Positions 28,031 through 41,005 of a stretch of DNA of 64,000 nucleotides are shown in pieces (within the stretch, counting starts at the first letter, position 1; each line of letters opens with the position of its first letter). Under the pieces are notes generated by a model. That model saw nothing but the letters and a program-made list of their open reading frames with translations, searched no databases and had not been told where the DNA came from. Source of the stretch: Eledone cirrhosa (lineage: Eukaryota); NCBI GenBank assembly GCA_964016885.1, contig OZ024740.1:14012001-14076000 (forward strand), read 5' to 3'. The position numbers and the translations under genes were made by a program.

Positions 28031-28650
28031 GAAAAAGTTTGTCCTCATCAGTGGCCATCCAACCGTCGTAGGCATTTCGTCGCATTAAAGGCCATATACC
28101 TCAGGTTGGTGCGAGCAACGGCTAAAAAAAGGTCGTTGGGACACGTAAATAAAGGGGACGCTAGGGTAAACAAACAAAATGGTTTAAGCTGTCACTACCT
28201 CTCCTCCTCCCCTTTCTTCCCGTTTGACATGTCCGTAATCCTTTTCTCGCGGGCACTTGGCCAAGCCGGTATGAATTTTTTTCTCTCTCTTTCGTCTGCG
28301 ACTTCACAGAACTTATGTTTACCGAATTCGCAGACCAGACCCCTTCTTCCTCCCGTTAGACCTGTGCGAAATTCCTTCCTTGCTCACATTTCAACCAGGT
28401 TTGATGGTCTTTATTCTCTCGTTCACGATTCCACCGAATTTATATTCATAGAAATCTGGGACTTGTTTCCTTCTTCATCAGTTTCTGCTGCTTAAACCAT
28501 TTTGTTTGTTTATCCTAGCGTCCCCTTTATTTACGTGTCCCAACGACTTTTGTTTAGCCGTTGCTCGCACCAACCTGAGGTATATGGCCTTTAATGCGAC
28601 GAAATGCCTACGACGGTTGGATGGCCACTGATGAGGACAAACTTTTTCAT
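28031..28650 (+). mobile_element. Non-coding repeat family E, copy 2, with about 155-bp inverted terminal duplication
   Basis: 28031-28187 is the reverse complement of about 28492-28650. The body is homologous to 26533-26990. Confidence 0.8.
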
Positions 28651-28690
28651 ATGTAACCCATTTGCAGCGCCGCAGCTCCATTATTATCAT

Positions 28691-28836
<146 letters not shown>

Positions 28837-28885
28837 GTATATATATATATATACATACATACATATATATATATATATACATACT

Positions 28886-28931
<46 letters not shown>

Positions 28932-28960
28932 CTACATACATATATATATATATATATATA

Positions 28961-29156
28961 TAGGAACGTGTAGGATCCCGACGGCTGAGCTCAAGCCGAT
29001 TCGACGGCTAATTTTGGACGCCAGAATTAGCTGTCGAAATGGCTTGAGGTCAGCCGTCTTGGTCCTACTCGTTCCTATTACCCACTCTACTACCCCAAGT
29101 ATTGAGTACTTTGGTGCGTTATGGTCCACCTGGTTCCTTACCACATTTCCTTCGTT
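28961..29156 (+). mobile_element. Hairpin-headed short element (family G copy 1)
   Basis: An imperfect palindrome at 28961-29077 is followed by the tail ACTCTACTACCCCAAGTATTGAGTACT..GGTCCACCTGG shared with 41006-41205. It sits in (TA)n. Confidence 0.75.
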
Positions 29157-29167
29157 ACATATATATA

Positions 29168-29200
<33 letters not shown>

Positions 29201-29454
29201 GCAAAAGTTTTATTTAAATTGTTGGGATACAACAAACAAATACTTTTTATAACTGATATAAAGCACTCGACAAATATTTGCAGTAGATATACGATATTAA
29301 TAAATGGAAACTATATTTATAAAACCATATTTATTTCATTATATATATTTCAAGGATACCAAGTTACATTATGGTATGCCTTCATCAGACAAAATACAAT
29401 ATATAACAGTTTTATAAATAGACATTGATGTACCCCTTTAAAAAATTGACCGTT

Positions 29455-29488
29455 GTTTTTGGAGGCCATCAGGATGGCCTCCAAAAAC
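29455..29488. repeat. Perfect 16-bp-arm hairpin GTTTTTGGAGGCCATC-AG-GATGGCCTCCAAAAAC
   Basis: Direct inspection. Confidence 0.85.
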
Positions 29489-29799
29489 CTGTTGAGAAAG
29501 TGGCTTCCTTGTTCAATCATCTTACCAGAAGCCTGACATTATTTATGTAAGCGGACGGTACTTGATTTAGGAGCCGCAGAAACCCAAATACTGGATTTTA
29601 CCAACCTTCCAGGGGTCCGGGTAAATTTTCAATACCCGAATTACTTGATCGTTTTTTTTGGCTATGCGAATGATTGTTTAACCACCGTCTCAGTGTGTTT
29701 GGCTCTGGTTCATCTGAATCATTGAGCACTTGCCACACATCACGGAGGTTGTTTTTCGTTATTTCGTGGGCCGAAATGCGAATCTCGATAATTTATGTT

Positions 29800-29853
<54 letters not shown>

Positions 29854-29900
29854 TACGCTTAACCACGAGATGAAACACAATATGAGTAACAGTCTCAGGG

Positions 29901-30955
29901 GTGACGCTAACCACCCCAGGACCGACGACCCCAACCGCAGGACACGTGGGGGGGGGGGGGGTACCACCCCACGATAGATCTCCCAGCGCGGGCGACGACC
30001 ACCCCATAGATTCGGGCCGTGAAGATAACAAAAAGCATAGCTCCCAAAGGGGAAGCAACAGTGCGGGAACCACCAGCAACTCAACAAATCTCCAACAAAT
30101 CATGACGCACCCGACCCCCACATATAGGAGGAGACACCGAAAAATCATGTGGTACAACCCACCCTACTCAGCGGCCCTAAAGAACAGCTTGGCCCGATCA
30201 TTCTTTGGAGCACTTGATAAATGCTTCCTGAGGGACCATAGATACCACAGGATCTTCAACAGACACACTGTGAAGTTCTCGTATTCCACCACGAGAAATC
30301 TGGCCCAACACATAGCTAGCATCAACAGGAGTAGGCTTAAAAACCACACACAACCAGAAGATGGCAAAACAAGCACTCAGCAGAACCATGTGAAAGGAGG
30401 GAAGGAGGGACCCAGAGCCACCCAAGAAACCCAAACAGACCCGGGGACCCCCCACCGTGCCTGGGGGAAGACCAACATATAACACATAACGGGAACCCTA
30501 ATCTAGGCACGCAGAGGTCGACCACCCTCTGCAACTGCAGAAACCTCGAATCATGCCCCCTTGGTAATGAATGCCTCAAGAAGAACCTAGTATACGGTTG
30601 TAGGGTTAAAACCTCCAACTCCTAACACCTCTACATAGGAGCCACATCAACGAGCTTTAAAGACCGCTGGTACAACCAACGCGATTCATTCAATAAGGAG
30701 GCCGAAAGGAAAAGCACGGCTCTCTCCGACCTGATCTGGAAGCTTAAGCTGGACAGGACCCCGTACTCTCTGGCCTGGTACATAATCAGGAAAGTACCAC
30801 CCGATAAAGGGGGATCTTGCATATGCAAACTATGCCTGAACGAGACCCTCGAGATACTAAGAGGTGGAAGCGGCCTGATAAACCTCAGAACCGACTTCTT
30901 CGGGACATGCAGACACCTTAGAGCCGGGACCTTCCTCAAGATATATGGACAGTAG
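29901..30955 (+). pseudogene. PLE thumb/linker plus GIY-YIG endonuclease remnant
   Basis: WYNPPYS...HRIFNRHTVKFSYSTTRN. In another frame from 30530, my translation gives CNCRNLESCPLGNECLKKNLVYGC..*..YIGATSTSFKDRWYN...CKLCLNE, with a stop at 30953-30955. Confidence 0.88.
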
Positions 30956-32143
30956 CAACACAAGAAGATGTGAACTCCCCCAAGCTATAGGGACTTCTAC
31001 AGAAAATGTAAACACCTCTCGGCCAGACCCCCCTCAAGCTATATGGGCAGTAACAACACCCTAGGTTGTGAACTCCCCTCAAGCCATAGGGAACAACCCA
31101 GGCTGAGCAGACACCATGATAGCCTAGAGATTGAATCGGACACAGCCATTATAATTTGGCCAACATCTATATAACACAAACACATTTTAATTTACTTGAT
31201 TTCTGATTTTCAAGTTCCAATTTTAAATCTTGATTTCTCTTTATTAATTTGTTATTTGTTTTCTGCCCTCTTCACTGTATCACCTTATATTTATTTTTAA
31301 GTTGAGATTGATTATAATACAAACACATTTAGTTTGATTATCTTATTTTAACATCTTGTCCCTCATACCAATCTATCCAACATATTTCTGACCTTGAGAT
31401 TGGTTATAGCACACACACACTTTATCCTACTTTATTTTAATCTTCATTTTATTTTTCACTTCTCCATATTCATTTTCATTACTTTTTCCCCAATTTTTCA
31501 TTTATTCTTTATTCTTTATTCTCTATTTATTATTTATTTTCTGTTTTCTTCATTTATTGCCTTATATTTCTTCATATACATGGAAGAACCCCCCCCACCA
31601 CCACCACCACCACCACCACTATGAGAGATGGTGGCAGGAGGGATGAAGAAAAAACACACACAGATACATCTAAATTGTCAGCAGCAGCAGCAAGACATAA
31701 GCTGACCACAACACCAACAACACTACCGAAATAATGGTAGAGGTCAAATGTACTTAACAATAGCAAACACAAACACCACAGAGAGCCTCACCCCAAAAAG
31801 AATTCTATAGACTTCCGACTGAGGAATGCTCTCAAAACTGACCAATGGGAAGTTTGACACTTTTTTTTTGTTATTTTGTTCCTTTACCACCTTGTTCCTT
31901 CTACCAATTTATCAATTTTTTAAGCTAACTCCAACAATAACAACACTTAGAATGAGGAATGTTCTAACAACTGACCAATGAGAGGAAAAGAGGCCCTTTG
32001 ACACTGAAATTCGTTTGTTTGAATTCATATGATTCCAGTTCCTCAGAGAAATAACAGCCTAACCAGGAACTGGACATATCAGAGTATTGACAAAATTATA
32101 CACCTCAACAACATATGTACTTGTCTATACCACACTAATTCGG

Positions 32144-32198
32144 ACTGCCTGAAGAGGTCACAGCCAAAGATGGCTGTCACTGAAATATATATAGCAGT
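32144..32198 (+). ncRNA. Type I hammerhead ribozyme motif
   Basis: actgc-CTGAAGA(32149)-..acagcca aaga tggctgt..-GAAA(32182)-tatata-TA-gcagt. Confidence 0.75.
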
Positions 32199-32248
32199 AA
32201 TAAACGAAGCTAAATTTAAAACATTTGACTTTTTATTTAACTTTATTT

Positions 32249-32307
<59 letters not shown>

Positions 32308-32312
<5 letters not shown>

Positions 32313-35300
32313 TAAGTTAAAGTGTACATCTACATATGTATACGGAAGTATTAGTATGCATATAAATACACACATGTATACATATGTACATGTACTCAGC
32401 TTTTCACTAGACACTTTACAGTGAGTGTCAGCTAGTCTGTATGTAACCACACAGGCGGACCGGGTTTTAGAGTCATACGAGTTTTCAAGGAAACACATTT
32501 CCTCTATTCTCCAGAGGGCCAGACAGGAATATTGGACTAGTTTCGATGTTATTACATCTCATCAGCAATATTTACCCATCTTCCGGCTTCTCTGGAGAAT
32601 TGTAAAAGCACATATCGTTATATGATATTTCTATGAAAATTAGTAGTGGGTAGACTAATTTGCATAGAACGTGAGTCATTGTACGCACCGGTTCAGCGGA
32701 AACGATAAAAACAAATAACGAAACGAAATTAAATTTCGTTTCGCTTCTAACTCACTTTTGTATGACTGACGCTTAAATAATTAAGTTAAAGTGTACATCT
32801 ACATATGTATACGGAAGTATTAGTATGCATATAAATACACACATGTATACATATGTACATGTACTCAGCTTTTCACTAGACACTTTACAGTGAGTGTCAG
32901 CTAGTCTGTATGTAACCACACAGGCGGACCGGGTTTTAGAGTCATACGAGTTTTCAAGGAAACACATTTCCTCTATTCTCCAGAGGGCCAGACAGGAATA
33001 TTGGACTAGTTTCGATGTTATTACATCTCATCAGCAATATTTACCCATCTTCCGGCTTCTCTGGAGAATTGTAAAAGCACATATCGTTATATGCTTTTTC
33101 TATGAAAATTAGTAGTGGGTAGACTAATTTGCATAGAACGTGAGTCATTGTACGCACCGGTTCAGCGGAAACGATAAAAACAAATAACGAAACGAAATTA
33201 AATTTCGTTTCGCTTCTAACTCACTTTTGTATGACTGACGCTTAAATAATTAAGTTAAAGTGTACATCTACATATGTATACGGAAGTATTAGTATGCATA
33301 TAAATACACACATGTATACATATGTACATGTACTCAGCTTTTCACTAGACACTTTACAGTGAGTGTCAGCTAGTCTGTATTTAACCACACAGGCGGACCG
33401 GGTTTTAGAGTCATACGAGTTTTCAAGGAAACACATTTCCTCTATTCTCCAGAGGGCCAGACAGGAATATTGGACGAGTTTCGATGTTATTACATCTCAT
33501 CAGCAATATTTACCCATCTTCCGGCTTCTCTGGAGAATTGTAAAAGCACATATCGTTATATGCTTTTTCTATGAAAATTAGTAGTGGGTAGACTAATTTG
33601 CATAGAACGTGAGTCATTGTACGCACCGGTTCAGCGGAAACGATAAAAACAAATAACGAAACGAAATTAAATTTCGTTTCGCTTCTAACTCACTTTTGTA
33701 TGACTGACGCTTAAACAATTAAGTTAAAGTGTACATCTACATATGTATACGGAAGTATTAGTATGCATATAAATACACACATGTATACATATTTACATGT
33801 ACTCAGCTTTTCACTAGACACTTTACAGTGAGTGTCAGCTAGTCTGTATGTAACCACACAGGCGGACCGGGTTTTAGAGTCATACGAGTTTTCAAGGAAA
33901 CACATTTCCTCTATTCTCCAGAGGGCCAGACAGGAATATTGGACTAGTTTCGATGTTATTACATCTCATCAGCAATATTTACCCATCTTCCGGCTTCTCT
34001 GGAGAATTGTAAAAGCACATATCGTTATATGCTTTTTCTATGAAAATTAGTAGTGGGTAGACTAATTTGCATAGAACGTGAGTCATTGTACGCACCGGTT
34101 CAGCGGAAACGATAAAAACAAATAACGAAACGAAATTAAATTTCGTTTCGCTTCTAACTCACTTTTGTATGACTGACGCTTAAATAATTAAGTTAAAGTG
34201 TACATCTACATATGTATACGGAAGTATTAGTATGCATATAAATACACACATGTATACATATGTACATGTACTCAGCTTTTCACTAGACACTTTACAGTGA
34301 GTGTCAGCTAGTCTGTATTTAACCACACAGGCGGACCGGGTTTTAGAGTCATACGAGTTTTCAAGGAAACACATTTCCTCTATTCTCCAGAGGGCCAGAC
34401 AGGAATATTGGACGAGTTTCGATGTTATTACATCTCATCAGCAATATTTACCCATCTTCCGGCTTCTCTGGAGAATTGTAAAAGCACATATCGTTATATG
34501 CTTTTTCTATGAAAATTAGTAGTGGGTAGACTAATTTGCATAGAACGTGAGTCATTGTACGCACCGGTTCAGCGGAAACGATAAAAACAAATAACGAAAC
34601 GAAATTAAATTTCGTTTCGCTTCTAACTCACTTTTGTATGACTGACGCTTAAACAATTAAGTTAAAGTGTACATCTACATATGTATACGGAAGTATTAGT
34701 ATGCATATAAATACACACATGTATACATATTTACATGTACTCAGCTTTTCACTAGACACTTTACAGTGAGTGTCAGCTAGTCTGTATGTAACCACACAGG
34801 CGGACCGGGTTTTAGAGTCATACGAGTTTTCAAGGAAACACATTTCCTCTATTCTCCAGAGGGCCAGACAGGAATATTGGACTAGTTTCGATGTTATTAC
34901 ATCTCATCAGCAATATTTACCCATCTTCCGGCTTCTCTGGAGAATTGTAAAAGCACATATCGTTATATGCTTTTTCTATGAAAATTAGTAGTGGGTAGAC
35001 TAATTTGCATAGAACGTGAGTCATTGTACGCACCGGTTCAGCGGAAACGATAAAAACAAATAACGAAACGAAATTAAATTTCGTTTCGTTTCTAACTCAC
35101 TTTTGTATGACTGACGCTTAAATAATTAAGTTAAAGTGTACATCTACATATGTATACGGAAGTATTAGTATGCATATAAATACACACATGTATACATATG
35201 TACATGTACTCAGCTTTTCACTAGACACTTTACAGTGAGTGTCAGCTAGTCTGTATGTAACCACACAGGCGGACCGGGTTTTAGAGTCATACGAGTTTTC

Positions 35301-38300
35301 AAGGAAACACATTTCCTCTATTCTCCAGAGGGCCAGACAGGAATATTGGACGAGTTTCGATGTTATTACATCTCATCAGCAATATTTACCCATCTTCCGG
35401 CTTCTCTGGAGAATTGTAAAAGCACATATCGTTATATGCTTTTTCTATGAAAATTAGTAGTGGTTAGACTAATTTGCATAGAACGTGAGTCATTGTACGC
35501 ACCGGTTCAGCGGAAACGATAAAAACAAATAACGAAACGAAATTAAATTTCGTTTCGCTTCTAACTCACTTTTGTATGACTGACGCTTAAACAATTAAGT
35601 TAAAGTGTACATCTACATATGTATACGGAAGTATTAGTATGCATATAAATACACACATGTATACATATGTACATGTACTCAGCTTTTCACTAGACACTTT
35701 ACAGTGAGTGTCATCTAGTCTGTATGTAACCACACAGGCGGACCGGGTTTTAGAGTCATACGAGTTTTCAAGGAAACACATTTCCTCTATTCTCCAGAGG
35801 GCCAGACAGGAATATTGGACTAGTTTCGATGTTATTACATCTCATCAGCAATATTTACCCATCTTCCGGCTTCTCTGGAGAATTGTAAAAGCACATATCG
35901 TTATATGCTTTTTCTATGAAAATTAGTAGTGGGTAGACTAATTTGCATAGAACGTGAGTCATTGTACGCACCGGTTCAGCGGAAACGATAAAAACAAATA
36001 ACGAAACGAAATTAAATTTCGTTTCGCTTCTAACTCACTTTTGTATGACTGACGCTTAAACAATTAAGTTAAAGTGTACATCTACATATGTATACGGAAG
36101 TATTAGTATGCATATAAATACACACATGTATACATATGTACATGTACTCAGCTTTTTACTAGACACTTTACAGTGAGTGTCAGCTAGTCTGTATGTAACC
36201 ACACAGGCGGACCGGGTTTTAGAGTCATACGAGTTTTCAAGGAAACACATTTCCTCTATTCTCCAGAGGGCCAGACAGGAATATTGGACTAGTTTCGATG
36301 TTATTACATCTCATCAGCAATATTTACCCATCTTCCGGCTTCTCTGGAGAATTGTAAAAGCACATATCGTTATATGCTTTTTCTATGAAAATTAGTAGTG
36401 GGTAGACTAATTTGCATAGAACGTGAGTCATTGTACGCACCGGTTCAGCGGAAACGATAAAAACAAATAACGAAACGAAATTAAATTTCGTTTCGCTTCT
36501 AACTCACTTTTGTATGACTGACGCTTAAATAATTAAGTTAAAGTGTACATCTACATATGTATACGGAAGTATTAGTATGCATATAAATACACACATGTAT
36601 ACATATGTACATGTACTCAGCTTTTCACTAGACACTTTACAGTGAGTGTCAGCTAGTCTGTATGTAACCACACAGGCGGACCGGGTTTTAGAGTCATACG
36701 AGTTTTCAAGGAAACACATTTCCTCTATTCTCCAGAGGGCCAGACAGGAATATTGGACGAGTTTCGATGTTATTACATCTCATCAGCATTATTTACCCAT
36801 CTTCCGGCTTCTCTGGAGAATTGTAAAAGCACATATCGTTATATGCTTTTTCTATGAAAATTAGTAGTGGTTAGACTAATTTGCATAGAACGTGAGTCAT
36901 TGTACGCACCGGTTCAGCGGAAACGATAAAAACAAATAACGAAACGAAATTAAATTTCGTTTCGCTTCTAACTCACTTTTGTATGACTGACGCTTAAACA
37001 ATTAAGTTAAAGTGTACATCTACATATGTATACGGAAGTATTAGTATGCATATAAATACACACATGTATACATATGTACATGTACTCAGCTTTTCACTAG
37101 ACACTTTACAGTGAGTGTCAGCTAGTCTGTATGTAACCACACAGGCGGACCGGGTTTTAGAGTCATACGAGTTTTCAAGGAAACACATTTCCTCTATTCT
37201 CCAGAGGGCCAGACAGGAATATTGGACTAGTTTCGATGTTATTACATCTCATCAGCAATATTTACCCATCTTCCGGCTTCTCTGGAGAATTGTAAAAGCA
37301 CATATCGTTATATGCTTTTTCTATGAAAATTAGTAGTGGGTAGACTAATTTGCATAGAACGTGAGTCATTGTACGCACCGGTTCAGCGGAAACGATAAAA
37401 ACAAATAACGAAACGAAATTAAATTTCGTTTCGCTTCTAACTCACTTTTGTATGACTGAGGCTTAAACAATTAAGTTAAAGTGTACATCTACATATGTAT
37501 ATGGAAGTATTAGTATGCATATAAATACACACATGTATACATATTTACATGTACTCAGCTTTTCACTAGACACTTTACAGTGAGTGTCAGCTAGTCTGTA
37601 TGTAACCACACAGGCGGACCGGGTTTTAGAGTCATACGAGTTTTCAAGGAAACACATTTCCTCTATTCTCCAGAGGGCCAGACAGGAATATTGGACTAGT
37701 TTCGATGTTATTACATCTCATCAGCAATATTTACCCATCTTCCGGCTTCTCCGGAGAATTGTAAAAGCACATATCGTTATATGCTTTTTCTATGAAAATT
37801 AGTAGTGGGTAGACTAATTTGCATAGAACGTGAGTCATTGTACGCACCGGTTCAGCGGAAACGATAAAAACAAATAACGAAACGAAATTAAATTTCGTTT
37901 CGCTTCTAACTCACTTTTGTATGACTGACGCTTAAACAATTAAGTTAAAGTGTACATCTACATATGTATACGGAAGTATTAGTATGCATATAAATACACA
38001 CATGTATACATATGTACATGTACTCAGCTTTTCACTAGACACTTTACAGTGAGTGTCAGCTAGTCTGTATGTAACCACACAGGCGGACCGGGTTTTAGAG
38101 TCATACGAGTTTTCAAGGAAACACATTTCCTCTATTCTCCAGAGGGCCAGACAGGAATATTGGACTAGTTTCGATGTTATTACATCTCATCAGCAATATT
38201 TACCCATCTTCCGGCTTCTCTGGAGAATTGTAAAAGCACATATCGTTATATGCTTTTTCTATGAAAATTAGTAGTGGGTAGACTAATTTGCATAGAACGT

Positions 38301-39210
38301 GAGTCATTGTACGCACCGGTTCAGCGGAAACGATAAAAACAAATAACGAAACGAAATTAAATTTCGTTTCGCTTCTAACTCACTTTTGTATGACTGAGGC
38401 TTAAACAATTAAGTTAAAGTGTACATCTACATATGTATATGGAAGTATTAGTATGCATATAAATACACACATGTATACATATTTACATGTACTCAGCTTT
38501 TCACTAGACACTTTACAGTGAGTGTCAGCTAGTCTGTATGTAACCACACAGGCGGACCGGGTTTTAGAGTCATACGAGTTTTCAAGGAAACACATTTCCT
38601 CTATTCTCCAGAGGGCCAGACAGGAATATTGGACTAGTTTCGATGTTATTACATCTCATCAGCAATATTTACCCATCTTCCGGCTTCTCTGGAGAATTGT
38701 AAAAGCACATATCGTTATATGCTTTTTCTATGAAAATTAGTAGTGGGTAGACTAATTTGCATAGAACGTGAGTCATTGTACGCACCGGTTCAGCGGAAAC
38801 GATAAAAACAAATAACGAAACGAAATTAAATTTCGTTTCGCTTCTAACTCACTTTTGTATGACTGACGCTTAAACAATTAAGTTAAAGTGTACATCTACA
38901 TATGTATACGGAAGTATTAGTATGCATATAAATACACACATGTATACATATGTACATGTACTCAGCTTTTCACTAGACACTTTACAGTGAGTGTCAGCTA
39001 GTCTGTATGTAACCACACAGGCGGACCGGGTTTTAGAGTCATACGAGTTTTCAAGGAAACACATTTCCTCTATTCTCCAGAGGGCCAGACAGGAATATTG
39101 GACTAGTTTCGATGTTATTACATCTCATCAGCAATATTTACCCATCTTCCGGCTTCTCTGGAGAATTGTAAAAGCACATATCGTTATATGCTTTTTTATG
39201 AAAATTAGTA
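32308..39210 (-). repeat. 469-bp tandem array, about 14.7 near-identical units, each carrying a hammerhead ribozyme (retrozyme-like)
   Basis: The ORF track recurs every 469 bp (32425 to 38991, 15 times) and there is an HHR in each unit on the minus strand. Confidence 0.95.
32528..32572 (-). ncRNA. Type I hammerhead ribozyme (first of 15; others at +469n)
   Basis: Minus strand: aatattg-CTGATGA-gatgt aata acatc-GAAA-ctag-TC-caatatt. The core is canonical with a GUC site. Predicted cut is between 32535 and 32534. Confidence 0.9.
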
Positions 39211-39212
39211 TG

Positions 39213-39451
39213 ACTCGTATGACTCTAAAACCCGGTCCGCCTGTGTGGTTACATACAGACTAGCTGACACTCACTGTAAAGTGTCTAGTGAAAAGCTGAG
39301 TACATGTACATATGTATACATGTGTGTATTTATATGCATAGTAATACTTCCGTATACATATGTAGATGTACACTTTAACTTAATTGTTTAAGCCTCAGTC
39401 ATACAAAAGTGAGTTAGAAGCGAAACGAAATTTAATTTCATTTCGTTATTT

Positions 39452-39455
<4 letters not shown>
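39213..39455 (+). repeat. Inverted partial copy of the 469-bp unit capping the array
   Basis: ACTCGTATGACTCTAAAACCCGGTCC...TTCGTTATTTGTTT is the reverse complement of array sequence and is followed by (TA)n. Confidence 0.92.
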
Positions 39456-39489
<34 letters not shown>

Positions 39490-39498
<9 letters not shown>

Positions 39499-40045
39499 GA
39501 TAAATAAATAAATAAATAAATACATACACAAGCAAAATAACAACAAACACATATAAACACACACTGGTAAAGATAGAATACATTAACCAACACACAGCCA
39601 CCCAATCACGAACACACATCAAACAAAACACTATACACACACGCAAACGCATGCGCAAAGCAGACAAAATAAAATAAACAAATAAATAAATATATAAACA
39701 GACTAAATAAAGATGGCGTAGAAAATACAATGCAACGGGAGGAAACAATAGCACCACTGACGATGTTGCAGATGTGCAACGAAAGAACTTTGATAAACTC
39801 GGTGCCCCAGCATGGCCTCAGCCGGATGGCTGAAACAGGTAAAAGAGTAAAAGAGAATATGTGTTTGCGTCTATATTGTATCTGTATTTTTGACCGTCGG
39901 TCAGTCAATGGCAACATTGAGGACCGAATAAATTAGATTACCGATATAAAAGACACATAAGCGAAAAGCGAAAACCAACCAAACATTGAGTGTGTTCTGT
40001 TATTAATTCTGGCAATATTACACAAATATGACCCTCCCCAAGTAT

Positions 40046-40051
<6 letters not shown>
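39490..40051 (+). mobile_element. Solo pLTR of PLE family A with HHR (39753-39794) and a SINE-tail insertion (about 39800-39858)
   Basis: Matches 25305-25810, with CTGACGA at 39757 and GAAA at 39781. The inserted GGTGCCCCAGCATGGCC..CTGAAACAGGTAAAAGAGTAAAAGAG is absent from the other copies. Confidence 0.9.
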
Positions 40052-40138
<87 letters not shown>

Positions 40139-40191
40139 ATTGTTAAATTTCGATTACATGATGATGTATATTAAAATTTGGTAAATTTCGA

Positions 40192-40249
40192 ATACCTGAA
40201 GATGTCACCGGATTCATACTGAACCCGGTCACTGAAATGATCATAGTAT
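40192..40249 (+). ncRNA. Type I hammerhead ribozyme motif
   Basis: atac-CTGAAGA(40196)-..accgg...ccggt..-GAAA(40234)-tgatca-TA-gtat, with palindromic stem III. Confidence 0.7.
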
Positions 40250-41005
40250 AATAACCCTTTTGAGAAATTACACCAGTCCAGCCTCTTGTTATTTTATAAT
40301 AATTAACTCTGTACTCGCACCACCAACAACACAAACGAAGACGGGTGAGTTGCATTACGTCGAGTGCTCTCCCTAATATTACATGGAGGTTGACCATACG
40401 GAATGACCAGTTCTATCCAGTGGTGAACCAACAAACCTAAATAAATAAATATGTAGTGTTAGATAATTTGATTGAAAAACACCCTGCCATTATATACTCA
40501 TCAAAGGTCAGCTAATGAAATAAAACCAGCAGGAGGGGATGTTTACAACAACCTTCTCAAACACCCTTATCTTGATGTCAACCTCACCATTTTCTGAGTG
40601 TATATGTGTGTGTGTGTGGGGGGGGGGGGGCGTGTATGTGTGTGTATGTGTGTGCGTGTGTGTATGTGTGTGTGCGTATGCTTTAATTCCTCCAAATCTT
40701 CATCAACACTCATTAACACCACACCCCACACCCAAGACACATCCAAATCTCCCTTATATATAGTCACACATCTCAACACAACCTGATCTCAGTTTGACAA
40801 TCGCCACCGACGAATGCGAGAAAGTTCTCCAACAAAGTTAACCAGGAATCTTTAAAATTCTCCCCACCGAAATTAACAAAGAACTTACTAGATCTACCAG
40901 ACGAGTATTACAATTAAAAAGAATTAATAAGAATTAAAAACTAAAAATTAAAGATTTAAAATTAAGAGGTAAGTTTTTTTCATCTTCCTTGTTGAGAAGA
41001 AGACT

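Larger units (their letters stand above)
29850..32250 (+). mobile_element. 5'-truncated Penelope-like element C (second lineage, related to D)
   Basis: Linker and endonuclease remnant followed by a long 3' region ending in an HHR at 32144, bounded by (TA)n on both sides. Assigning the 3' region to this element is an inference. Confidence 0.72.

Noticed and set aside
32308-39210. CRISPR-like array
   Set aside because: Whole units are near-identical with no unique spacers, the context is eukaryotic and there are no cas genes.
32079-39263. Repeated 64-72 aa ORFs in the 469-bp array
   Set aside because: They are short, start at non-ATG codons in the sequence and have no recognisable domain. The unit is better explained as structured RNA.
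40780-40935. Possible decayed PLE endonuclease C-terminus upstream of hairpin G
   Set aside because: The similarity is too weak to support without a profile search.
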